Source of the DNA: Dimorphilus gyrociliatus
Taxonomy: Eukaryota > Animalia > Annelida
Assembly (NCBI GenBank): GCA_904063045.1
Contig: CAJFCJ010000013.1
Coordinates: 912,156-976,155, forward strand
DNA length: 64,000 bases
Direction of reading: 5' to 3'
The notes below the pieces were generated by a model, which searched no databases, was not told the DNA's origin, and saw nothing but the letters and a program-made list of their open reading frames with translations. The position numbers were made by a program, and so were the translations under genes. Positions within the stretch are counted from its first letter, which is position 1. The number at the start of each line of letters is the position of its first letter. Below, piece after piece: positions 52,243 to 64,000 of this stretch.

Positions 52243-52999
52243 TCTTATATTTATAGTATGGTTTTTAAGGTATTCCAAAAAACACTGACTTTAATCCAAG
52301 AAAGGAGTAATTACAATAAAAAAACAAGATAAATTGCTTCAGCAGAATCTATAAAAATATGGTTTCGATGTATTTTTTTTTAATTGCTTATATTCTTAAA
52401 CCATTCTATACAATTTACAATACGCAATATCATTTTCCATCATTTGTATTATATAATAATGTATCAACTGTGGAAAAACAACAAAATTTAGATTCTATTA
52501 ATATACTTTAACAGTGAAAATAGCTGTGTGAGGCCATTAACCAGGCTAGTTACCCTTAGTAACATACAATAGATATTGAACGTAGCAGTTCATATATTTC
52601 GTATGTGCAGTTTATAAATGTATATATATTAGTGTTTATAGGAAATTACTGCTGATTGAATTGAAGAAAAGTACATATTATAGTTATTTACAGATTAGGA
52701 TAGGTTGAAGGATGAGCGTACTTTCCAATCTAATCCCTAAACATTACCCCTATTCGCCTAAGTCGTAATATCAATAACTTTCCTTTACAATATTAGCTAT
52801 AACATTTACGCCGATCCATATTTCTTGTATTTGTTAAGATCAAAAATAAGTAAATTTCATAAATATTTATTTAAATCTTTCAAAAAGTATTCAAATCATG
52901 AAAGAAATAGGATAATTAGCAAAATAGTAAATACTGGTGTTGGTGGCGCCATCTAGCTAGTTGCCCAGTGCCAATATCATTCGCATTTCACATCATATA

Positions 53000-53626
53000 A
53001 TGCAAGTTTCAACTCCGTCTAAGACGTTGCCCCTTGATCTCTCTTTAGGAAGTCCAAAAGTCAGTCCAATAAAATCCTGCTCTATAGGATCCAGCTTGAA
53101 GACTGAAAGAGACATGGAAGAAAGTAGAATAGATTTTAAGGTAGAAGACAGGGAAGAGAAGAACATATTCAAGACGACGAGAGAAGTTGATGAGAAGGAG
53201 AGAAATTCTTTTCTACGTCCCCTAGATCCAGTCTATGGAGGAATTGACGATCCAACGAAAACAGATAAAGACGACTTACCTCTCCAAAAGTTATTTCAAT
53301 TGGTTCAGCGGGTTAGTGTTTTCTTCGAATCGGGTTCTGACCCGTATAAAATTGATAGCAAGACTCATCAGTCTAAAAGACAAACCTATCAAAAGATCCC
53401 TTTAGACGTCGTTTCGTCGACCGATCCTCAGGGTTTACGATACACCTCCAGAAGAAACGAGAAACGGATTCGTAAGCATCACGAAAATTTTCCGGACGAT
53501 TCTCCATACAGATGTCCCTATTGCAGCAAGGAATACGAATGGAAGAGTTCTGTCCGTCATCATATAGAAGTTGTTCATCATAAGATGAACGAAAAAGAGG
53601 AAAATCTAATAGATCCTCCTCAATGA
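53000..53626 (+). CDS. Intronless single C2H2 zinc-finger protein with an N-terminal PLDLS motif
   Basis: ATG at 53000; YRCPYCSKEYEWKSSVRHHIEVVH; TLPLDLSLG matches the PxDLS CtBP-binding consensus. Confidence 0.75.
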   Translation: MQVSTPSKTLPLDLSLGSPKVSPIKSCSIGSSLKTERDMEESRIDFKVEDREEKNIFKTTREVDEKERNSFLRPLDPVYGGIDDPTKTDKDDLPLQKLFQLVQRVSVFFESGSDPYKIDSKTHQSKRQTYQKIPLDVVSSTDPQGLRYTSRRNEKRIRKHHENFPDDSPYRCPYCSKEYEWKSSVRHHIEVVHHKMNEKEENLIDPPQ

Positions 53627-56560
53627 TACTGTGTGGAAAAAAAGAAACAAAAGTGTCCAATATTTATTATTGTTTTGCAGAAGGCCTACAGCTGTTATTT
53701 GTCCTATTTTATTTATAAGGAAATTGTTACAGTATTTTTCATTAGTTCTTTAGAATAAATGTGTAAATTTACCACAATCGTTTCTTTATCACCTTATCAG
53801 CGACTTGCGCGCTTGATAAATGGATTTCGTATCATTAACTGACCAGTTGATCATCTGCAGGTCCGCGCATAAGTGCTACAATCATTATAATGTTATCAAA
53901 TGACACGTAATATTTTCTTGAGTATGTTGAAGTGTGTGACCTGTTGAAAGATTTTTTCTTTCCTATCGATTCTTCTGCATGAATAAAGTTTAGTTGTTAA
54001 AAATCAATTATCTAATATTTAAATGATTTGTAGAGATTTTTATCCAATTGCTTATCCTCTCCCCTCCCCCCTCCCCCCCACCAACAGCGAATTTTATTAT
54101 ACAAAATCACACAAACAAACACTATTTCGTTCTCTCCGCCTATTTTTTCTGTGTCTCTTGCTCTTTTTCTTTTCCTAATTCTCTCCCCATCGCTGTCGCT
54201 CATCTCCCAAAGATTTATCTTTTCCCTAAGAACATTTTCTACGGCTTTATCTTCTGAGTAATTAGCTCTCTCCAGTGGTACTTCCGTTCCTTTGAATTCT
54301 TTTCTTTGCACCTATCTTACCAACAGCTTGATCTTTTCCGGATCTATCCATCATTTTTTTGTTTATCCAAAATTTTTCCTAGCCGTTAAATAACTTTTTA
54401 AGGTTTATTTTCTCGTCAAAGACTTTTATTTTACGACCATATTAGGATTTTTGTAAAATTAAATCAAAAAAGAAAGATTGCTTTTTTTGGGAAAGTATCA
54501 CTTTCGAGCATTCTGAAATTTATTGAAGTTCGGAAGGATTTATGATTGTTCTAATGGGGCGAAACTTTCATCGTCGAATATTTGTTAATTCTAGATCAAA
54601 GCGTACAATGGAACCTTTTCGCTCTAAGGATACACGGTACATTAACACCTCAATTGTCAGATGGCGCTAAGATAAAACTGTAGATGACGTTACGATAAAA
54701 GTGGAGGCGGTATATTCTTAAAATTTAATTGTTTAATTTAACTTTATTAAGGTATTATATGGATTATGAAGCATATATAAGACTAAATTTATCAAGTATT
54801 TTATCGGATTATTCTTATAATAGTGTTTAAATAATAGGATTAATGCAAGATTATCAATTTAACCAAACCGTTAGGTAACTTATATTATCACTCTTTTCGG
54901 GGTTATATTTCGGGCGTGTAAGCCTTATTAAAGATTAAAATAGATCATTGTTTATTGTTGTAGAATATACATGTAACTTTAATTCTAATTATTTTAGAAA
55001 TGGATACTTCTATATTAAAATTTTGTTCTTTTTTCCAAGAGAATGTTCTCTGTTTTTTTTTAAAAATTCTCCTCCAATCATCCGAGTTAATCATTTTTAA
55101 TTTTGATTTATATATAAAAAAAATTTCCTGGATTAGAGCATTCATTCTGGATATCTTCGTTCCTCTTCAATTCGTTAAATTTATAGCAGTTAAATGACGT
55201 GAAAACTATGATAGATTTTGATAAATGATTTAGGAAAATAGGGTAATTTCTTAATCAATAAGATAATCTTTAAATCTTTATCGTCCAACTAGGCACAAGT
55301 TTTTTATGTGAATATGATATATATAACAAAAAAAGATATATTCGCATCACTCTAAAGTAGAATACTTGGAAATTACACTATTTTATTATAATCGCTAGGT
55401 CAGTGAAGTTTTTATCAGTCTTTTAATACATTAACCTGTTGAGTATTTCTATGTGATAATTTTCATCTCGAAAGAGTGGAAAAACCTTATCTCTTTTATG
55501 AAACTTGTTAAAATAATTTATCCTTAGGGAATCGAAGAGCTTTCGACCTGTTCCGCGATTTATTTATACTGCCATAGGTTTAGTTATAAATGGCATGATG
55601 TATAAATGGGACAAGTCCAACTAATAATAAATTACCAGGATAGAAACATAATCTTAGAAATTAGATTATTATTAATTTAAAGCGTATTGAAGACAATTGT
55701 TGTGCATTTTATTCATATTATATTGTAATACATTAAGACAAATAGTGACATTTGCTTAAAAAAAAGGTCATATTATTTCAATAAAATTTACTCTGATTTT
55801 AGCTTTGAAATGAGACAAAGTGTTCTTCAGAAAGAAGATCATAGATGAGAAGAGTGTACAATATTTTTTTTTATTGCGGCATCATACAGTTCTGATGTCT
55901 CTGTGATATCATTTCTAATAATATATTGCATATGTATACCTGTAGTATTTCACAATATACGTTTTGATATACCATCAGTATATCTGTTCATTGATACTTT
56001 CAATTTGTTTTTTATTTGTTTGTACTTGTTGTCATTTAAAGATTTACATCTCTTCTATTTCTTATATGATCTTGTATTTGGATTAAATATCTATTAGAGA
56101 ATGAGAAAACTTGTCTCGTAGCTATTATTGTCTTAAAATAGCAAAATAATAATTTTTTATCTCTTTTTTTTCTAAAATAACCTTTTTTCCAAAAGTAGAC
56201 TAAACGTTAAGAATAATTTTTAAAATACAAGCAAAATAGTAGAAATATTAAATCATTTAAAAGAAATTAAATACATATTGATTGATGCTTCTTGTCTTCG
56301 TTTTCTTCATCTTACGTTTAACTTTTTATATATTAAACGCAGAAAAATGTTTTCATCATTATTAACTGCAACAGCAGAAAACACGGATATCGGATCCGAA
56401 TGAAGAAGCTTCGATAACGGTAGCAGAGGGAGGCCACCACGTGCATCAGACTCATATGAAGTTGAATACAATACAACAAATTTGCTAGTAGAGAAGTATT
56501 TATCTGGATAGGATAGTCATCTACCGTTGATCTACACAGGTAGAATATAATTATATAGGC

Positions 56561-59392
56561 TTATTTTGGGCGATGACGAAGGATACAAGAGTATTTTGCC
56601 AATAGCTCAACATTCTCGCTATAAATAGATTTTTGATTGAGTTGGGCTTGAGATAAATTATGACCTAAATCTGTTAAATGCCTATCTAAATTTCCGAATA
56701 CAATTTCATGAGGAGAGACGTTTTTACCATTTATTATCCTTTTATTAATAGCATCTTGAACTAGAAACAATATTTGTAACCATATCTGTTCACCTCTCAT
56801 CTCTTTAATAATACTAATGATTTCGTTACAGACTTCATTCGTCTTTCTTTCAATAATTCTGTTTTTATCAACTCTAATCCTTACTAGAGATATTCCTAAT
56901 ATCCCTAAGAATTTGTCGAGTTCCATAGGATTAATATCTACATAACAGCCGAGAAGTACCCTCTTTGGCACACCAAAAGTTGAGAAATATTTTTCAAGCA
57001 AAATCGGAGCTATTTCCGATACTTCTAAACTTTTTATTGAATAAAGACTTGAAAATTGAGAAAAAAGATCAATCACTACTAAAATATACTTATAACCATC
57101 CGCTGTATAATTCATTGGACCAATAAAGCCTATTCCAATCAATTCGAAAAGGTCAATCGGGGAGGCAACTGCATCTGATAAACCAGATTCGCGAAACAAT
57201 TGATAATTATGACGATATATATCACGAGAAATATCTTTTGAAATTTTACATTGGATTTCTTTATCCTCTTTTGACTTTTTATGGAAATTAGTCTCTAAAT
57301 CAATAAAATGATTGAATCTACCTTCGAAAAAAGTCTGAGCAATTTCACTCAAATTCACCCTTTCTTGAGAGTTTGGTACATGGCGTATGGTGAAATCAAA
57401 CTGAGATAGGATACTTGTCCATTTGTTTTCTATACGACTATCTGAACGTTCTCTAAAAATTCGAGATATATTATAAATATCGGTATACAAATAGAACGGA
57501 CATTTGTTTAAGTAATTCTGAAATCTTTGTATTCCCCAACAGGCCGCTAAGCTTTCTCTTTGATACAAACTATATTTGCTCTCTCTATGGCTAAGGGTCT
57601 TCGACGCATAACAAATAGAGAATAATTTCATTTTTCCATCTTCGTCATCCCTAAACTCTTGTTTCAATACAGCACTAAGAGATATTTCCGAGCATGTAGT
57701 CATCAAATGAAATCTTTTATCAAAATCAGGAAATTTAAGAGTTGGACAGTTGAGAATCCTCTCTTTTAGAATATGAAAATTTAGTTTGGCTTCTGGTGAC
57801 CAAACAAGACGAGCTGTTTCAACGTGATTTTTAATAAGACCATACAAAGGTGAAGAAATTTCGGCAAAATCTTTAATAAACTTACGATAGTAACCGCAAA
57901 TACCGATTGAACTTATCAAAGTACTGTGAGATTTGGGTAACTTAACCCTACGAATCAATTCAAGTCTATCTCTGTCCATTTCTATTCCATCAACGCTAAT
58001 CATATGCCCTAAAAATTTTACATACGGCTTGGCAAACTCACATTTAGATGACTTAATCTTTAATTTAAATTCGTCTAGCCTACGAAATAGCCTTTCTAGC
58101 GCTATTAAATGATCTGAAACATTTTTGCTAAATACGATAATGTTACCGAGAAAATTTAAGCAGAAATCTCTCATATCGCCCAATACAAACTCATTCATCA
58201 AATACATGAAATATGCTGCGGCATTTGTCAAACCGTAGGGCATTCTATTGAACTCAAAAAGGCCAAAAGGCGTTAAAAAAGCCGTTTTAGGTTTATCCAT
58301 TTCCCTTATTTTAACATGATGATAAGAGCTTGCCAAATGAATAATTGAGAAAATCTTATTCCCTCCTAAATGATCGAAAAGATCCTCTGGAGAGGGTAGA
58401 GGATATTTATCTCTTACAGTCATTTTGTTCAATCGGCTAAAATCAATACACATAAGTGTCGTAAAGCCTTTCCTTCTAATAAATGCTAGACGAGATGCCC
58501 ACTGAGATCGACTAGGCCTAACTATACCTGCTTTTACTAATTGTTTTATATGTTCTTTGCATTCTCTTTTCTTTCTGCCGTTCATATAATGGGGAATTTC
58601 TCGAAAAGCTAGAGCACCTTCTTTTAAGGTTATTTTCATTGGAGGAAAATCTGTATCACCAACGTCGTATTGACCTTTCGAAAAAACTGTCGAATACCTA
58701 CGCATAATATACCAGAATTTTTGCTCGTCACTTGAGTTTAATACCTCTAAACCTATTCTTAGAGGAGGCAAAGATATCGAATTATCAATCGGCTGTGGGT
58801 TTATATAACTTACTCCCGAAATAAAGGGTGAATCGTCATCTGATCTAACTGACATGGGTATCGTTGCATTATCAATTACTAAAACACCGTTGGAAAAATC
58901 TAGAGTAACTCCATATTTTTCCAAGAAATCCAGACCAAGTATGCAAGGCAAATGAGTTTGTTGTCGAATAAGAAACGTGTGACCTACGAGATAACCGTTC
59001 AATTGTAGAATTATGAATATTTCACCTAAACTGTTCATTTCATTCGCCGTTTCAATTTCCTCCACTTTCAGACTATCTTGCCTAATTCTCTCCTCGTAAC
59101 CAAGACGTCTAACAATGTCTATTGATACATAGGAAAGAGGAGATGAGCTCAAGATCTTAACGTTAAACTGAACATTTTGGCAAGATCCTCTTATCATATT
59201 ATACGCTGAATCAATGCTAATATTTGAAGGAGAGCTATCTGTTAAACTAACTGTTTCTTCTCTACTAGATTCTGCTCTACCGTATACTCGTTCACCAGAG
59301 TCTGACTCACCTCGAGCGTCAGCCCAATCTTCATCAAATGCCACCGAGTCCCTTTCAGACGAGTTCTCAAATTTGCCATTATGCTCTGCCAT
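56561..59392 (-). mobile_element. Ty3/Gypsy pol-derived intact 943-aa ORF (PR-RT-RNase H-IN order) with catalytic residues substituted; probable domesticated gene
   Basis: CILGLDFL (PR); PSRSQWASRL...MCIDFSRLNKMT..DKYPLP and GLFEFNRMPYGLTNAAAYF (RT); YASKTLSHRESKYS (RNase H); GYKYILVVIDLFS and STFGVPK (IN). No stops or frameshifts; no gag or LTR recognised. Confidence 0.85.
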
Positions 59393-62020
59393 AGCCAGTA
59401 ATATTTACTATTTTTCTTGCTCTTTCTTCAATTTTCTTAACCAAAATTCTAAAATCCAAGAGACGAATAAGTCAGCTCTTTAAAGGGTCTCCTTTTATCT
59501 CTTGAACTCTTCAGTACAAATTCCAATAATCTTCTGATGTACAAATGCAAGTATTACTTTTATAATTGATAGTTGAAGCGACCTCTAGATGTTTTCTTAG
59601 CCAGTAGACAAAATATTGCTTTTATCTTTTCTTTTTGACATAAAAAAGAAATATTGAGTGTAAAGCTAGGAAATAACTCTTAGTTTTTCACTATTGCTAT
59701 TTTAAGCAGGTCAGAAGGTATACTATAAACCATTGTTCATAGAAAAATCTCTCTGTTCTCCGCTAACATTTCCATTAAATGTTGAAAAGAGAGAGAAAAT
59801 TGAATTTCAAGATATTACATTAGGCTTATACTCAAATAGATAATTTATAGCAAAAAAGAAGGAAAGAGAGAGAGAGAGTTACATCATCGACAATACGCTG
59901 TATTAAATTATCTTAAGCAGTAAATCTTATGTTTGTCTACTTCTCAACTAGGCCTATTAATTATGTAAAATAATCCTCAAAGAAAAAAGAGAAAAGAAAA
60001 GGAACATGTAAAATGGACGGAAAAATTGTTCTTTTTTTTTCTTTTTACACAATTTATACAATTAATCTTATATCTTGAACGATTTTACGAACTTCGAATA
60101 AAAGATCTATAAGTCATTCTCCTACTTTACATCTCTCTCTCTCTGTTTGCTAATTAATTTCAGACTTAATGAATTACTGAAAATAGACTAATAATCTTTC
60201 TCAAACGCTTAGAAAAATATAGTAATAAGAAAGATGTTATTAATGCGACAAAACAACAAACTTCCCTTGTTTATTGTTATTCTTAATATTTATTCAAAGA
60301 GTAACTTTTCATTATTTTTTTTTTTGACGTTGATCTTTAACCTCTTTCAACGATTAGCCATTGTTCTCACTGTTAACTACCACGTGATAGGAGATCTCAT
60401 TTGTAACAATAAATTGTATAGAATATATTGTATATTACATTGCATATAAGAAATCTTAACAGTTCACTAATCCCCAATAAACACAAAAAAATCAAATTGC
60501 TTAATACACCTGCCGATTTTTACTTTATTAATTTGTGTAAAGTTGTTACGTAACAATGACTAAATGAATTGTTAAAAGTGTAGTGACTGTCAACTTTTTA
60601 TCTTCCGTTATGTACTAGCAAAAAAAAAGAGATCAGTAAACAAATAGTAGAACATAAAAAAATAAACAAGCTCAACTATTCCCCACGGTGCTTATCCTTG
60701 AACAAATTAATCTTAACGTATGATAGAAAGGTTAAAGGAGAGGAAAGGAAAGGAAAGAAACGTAAATTCATCTTCAATAGCAATAGAAATTGTTTTAGTG
60801 GTCTCTAGACTGAAATTTTTAGTTATTATTTTTCTATAGGCGCTCTTCTTTCTCTGATTATCATCTCTTCTCCACACTCAATATCTATTTCTTAAAATTA
60901 CTCATTTTACATAAAGTAGAAGCGTTTATAAGAGTATTATATTTAAAAGGAATTTGGTAAAGTTGTGTTATCCTTTTAATATTTTATCTTTCTTTCCTTA
61001 AACTATTCCGAAAGTATTCTTAGCAATCTTAGTGCGTACTCTACGGTTAATTTTACGATCTTTTGTAGGAAGCCATCTCCAACAGACTCTCGGAAACGGC
61101 GAAGAGGTCCTTAACCTCTCCCTCTCTCCCGCTTTAAACTTTAAGTTTAAACATTTTTTTACTTTTATTTTTCAACATCTAAGATTACTTCCAGAAGGAA
61201 TCCAAGGCCGTGATAACTTGGATTTAAGTACAACGATATGATATTGTTCTTCATTTCATTTTCGGAAGCCTATTATAATCTAATTTCGATATTAATTATT
61301 ATCTTAATAACTTGAGAGGTCAAAAATATTTCCATCTCTCAAATGAAGATCCTAAATTTAATGAAATTGTTCTGAATGTGCATACATAATCATGAAAAGC
61401 ACATGGAGGGTATAGGCTGCAAGTCAATGTTAATTTTTTAAACTATTATCGTCTGTATTGAGCAAAAAAGTTTCAAATTTTGACAAATATGTCAATTAAA
61501 ATGAATAGGCAGCGCTATCTTGACTTTAAATTAGTTTGAACGAAGTAAAATGAAATATTAGTTTGACAATATGGCGGCATACACGTGTTTTTTGTTTTGG
61601 ATGAAATTTGGTCAAAAACAAGCGAAATTTGATTTTTAAAATTATGCAACTGCTGAATAATAAGCAAAAGAAACTTTTGGAAGTTTCAAAAAATAAAATA
61701 TATGTATTTTGATAAATTGACCTAATTTGTATTAGTAAAACTATAACGAACTTAAAAAAAATGCAGAGATAATAGGCCAATTTAGCATAAAAAATTGAGT
61801 AGTGTTACGCTTTTTGTAAAAAAGTATATAAGGAGTAGGCGAAATCACGTAAATTATTTGTGAATACGCCGTATAACAATGAGTTTGAAAAAGTTATTGT
61901 CAAAGTTAGTAATTGGGACTACCTGGGTGCTATCCCCAAAAAGTTCTTACTTTATTTTGTTTACTAGTAATATCTATAGTATTAGCTTGTAGAATATAAG
62001 TTTTCGTTTTTTTTTTCTAG

Positions 62021-64000
62021 TAACTTTGAAGTGCCTGGTATAAAGATTTTACATATTAATGATGTACCAACTTACGTAAAAAGAAGAAGGTCGGTGCCTA
62101 GAAAAAGTCACTTTAAAACATTATCTACCGAGGAAGGTAACTTTCAGTTTATTTTTTTTATGTCATTACGCTATGTTTTTTTATTGTTTAACAGGCGCCG
62201 CGTCATGGCGTGGTAAAAAACGTAATAGGCCAAAGAAAAAGCCCCCGGAAACGGTGCAACAAGGGACGGCAACAAATTCAGCAACATCTAAGGCTAAAGG
62301 CAAGTAATTATTAAGTATTTTATGAACTTATGATAATTTCTTTTTCTGAACAGGCAACATGGTTGGCCTACCACGTGGTAACGCGGATTCTACTCAATCA
62401 ACTACCACAGCACCAAATAACGTACCAAAAGTTGTAGAAAGACTTGAAAACATTGTTGCAGAAGATTTAAGGGTGCCTAGCGTTAAAGGTAAAAATTAAA
62501 TATTTTATTGATGAAGCATTATTAACTTTAACTTTAAAAAAAGTCGAAAACGCATTCTTTTTCAAATTATACAATATAATTAATATAATTTGTTTTTTTT
62601 ATTACAGCGGCAAGCAAGCTTCACGATAAAGAACCTAATGATAGACCAAATAACCAAGGAAAATCTAGTAATTCGGTTACGGAACAAGCGACTGTTAACG
62701 CAATAGGCAAGCTTTGGCAATTGCTTTTCATTGAAAATTATCTCATCTATTTGATTTTACAGCGTTCGGAGGGCCATGTTCTACAGCAGGTCAAAACAAA
62801 GAAGTGAAAAAGCAACAAAAACCCCTAAGATCGATTCTAAAAAGAGCCAAACCGAATATTACATGCAAGCATTTTCAAATTATTCAGTACAATTATATAA
62901 TTTTTACTTTTTATTACAGCAACCGAATTACCATGTAGTAATGTAGATAACAGTGAAGAAAAACGTAGTGACCCAACTATAACAACACCTGTACACTATA
63001 TTACAGGTAAGCACTCGAAATTTATCAACTATTTCATATAACTATTTTATACAAACTAAATAATATTTTTATAATACAGTAGTCCAAGCACCGCGTTGTA
63101 CGGGAGATTTCTATAAACAGCGACAAAAATTGCCGATGAGCGGAGGAAAACCAAACGCCCCGATTAGATTCTTACACAGAATAGGCAAGTGCTTACTAAT
63201 TATTTCAAGTAATAGTACAATTTGAACTTTTTTATAGTGAATCCATTACTAGTCTGTAGTACATCTGCAAACGAACATTGCCTTGAAAACTCTTACAAAT
63301 TACAAATTAATCATGGCAAACGAAGGGTATCATGGGCAGTACCATTGGCAAATTTTTCGACAGGTAAATATTTACCAGTTTTTCATGTTTATCTCATGAT
63401 GTTTTTTTTTATATCAAATTACAATTCTTTAATGCAGATCTAAACGAACGTACTGATAAAGGACCAAACAATATACCGGACAGAACTGGAAAACCTAATG
63501 AATCGACTACCATGACAACGGGACCACACACCGTAGGCAAGTATTTACAAATTATTACAAGCAACTATCTTTACTTAATATTTCCTAATATAGTTATCAC
63601 CGTATCCGATTTAAACGAAGGTCCAAATGTACCCTCTAATATAAAGTCTAACAATGCATCAAATAGAACAGAGAGGCTTGATAAACAGATTGCTACAGGC
63701 AAATATTTACATATTATTAAAAGTCAATTACATAACCTATATTTTACAGTGCCGGCTTCTAATGCAGATCTAAATGAACATGATAGTAATGCTCCCAACA
63801 ATATACCAAACAGACCAGGAATTCTTGATAAACCAGTTGCAAATAATGCGACACCTTACGCTACAAGTAAGTATTTAAACATTATTTCAAACAATTACGT
63901 AATCTTGTCTTTTTCATACAGTAGTCGAATTTAAACGTGACACAATTTCAAATGAACATGTACCTAGTACACCTACAGCTAATAAATTAGCATCAAATGC
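62021..64000 (+). CDS. Partial uncharacterised low-complexity (N/T/P/K-rich) protein built from short phase-1 symmetric exons; continues beyond the window, 5' end uncertain
   Basis: Exons 62195-62299, 62354-62488, 62608-62706, 62763-62864, 62920-63006, 63080-63184, 63238-63363, 63438-63536, 63594-63698, 63750-63866 and 63922- are all stop-free. All ten complete ones are 3n long, with pyrimidine-rich YAG acceptors. The later exons are related repeats (DLNE...PNN[I/V]P). Confidence 0.7.

Noticed and set aside
53840-54360. Purine-rich minus-strand ORF 54012..54311 (RKRKR) and an alternative two-exon 57-aa model
   Set aside because: No ATG-initiated, homology-supported reading, and the two models conflict.
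56330-56540. GC-richer stretch just 3' of the Gypsy-derived ORF with a 60-codon open frame
   Set aside because: No frame-compatible splice donor from the main ORF was found; may be UTR.
59380-59480. Short overlapping upstream frame as a possible gag remnant or frameshift site
   Set aside because: Only about 30 codons with no ATG or gag motif, and pol has its own ATG.
60830-61950. Possible upstream exons of the last gene (for example KPSPTDSRKRRR and AKSRKLFVNTPYNNEFEK...)
   Set aside because: Weak acceptors and no unambiguous start; left out of the model.
1-64000. CRISPR arrays, rRNA genes, LTR pairs or terminal inverted repeats
   Set aside because: None seen; this is eukaryotic intron-rich DNA. 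Long diverged repeats could have been missed by eye.

Overview
AT-rich, gene-dense eukaryotic (invertebrate-type) genomic DNA with many short (mostly 50-75 nt) spliceosomal introns. The compact style would fit a miniaturised lophotrochozoan such as the annelid Dimorphilus, but this is an unverified guess. Genes in order: RASSF9/10-like (+), SFSWAP (-), coiled-coil/PH/actin-fold fusion (+), SMPD4 (-), TPST (+), SLC43-like transporter (+), Nudix-like/EF-hand-like/PPP phosphatase (-), giant ROCO gene A (+, 26.0-36.7 kb), a 4.8-kb spacer with three degenerate tRNA-like elements and an intronless orphan ORF, giant ROCO gene B (-, 41.5-52.2 kb), a single-C2H2 protein (+), an intact but catalytically dead Ty3/Gypsy pol ORF (-), and a partial low-complexity gene with many symmetric exons (+) running off the right end. 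Highlights: (1) the tail-to-tail ROCO paralogues share a degenerate Roc-COR / MBT / LRR / Roc / COR / pseudo-TIR / TIR (catalytic Glu kept) / CaaX layout; (2) the Gypsy pol looks domesticated; (3) six of eleven consecutive introns in the last gene appear to be GC-AG; (4) each tRNA-like element starts about 90 nt downstream of an AGATGGCG motif. All gene models and alignments were made by eye, with no database search.
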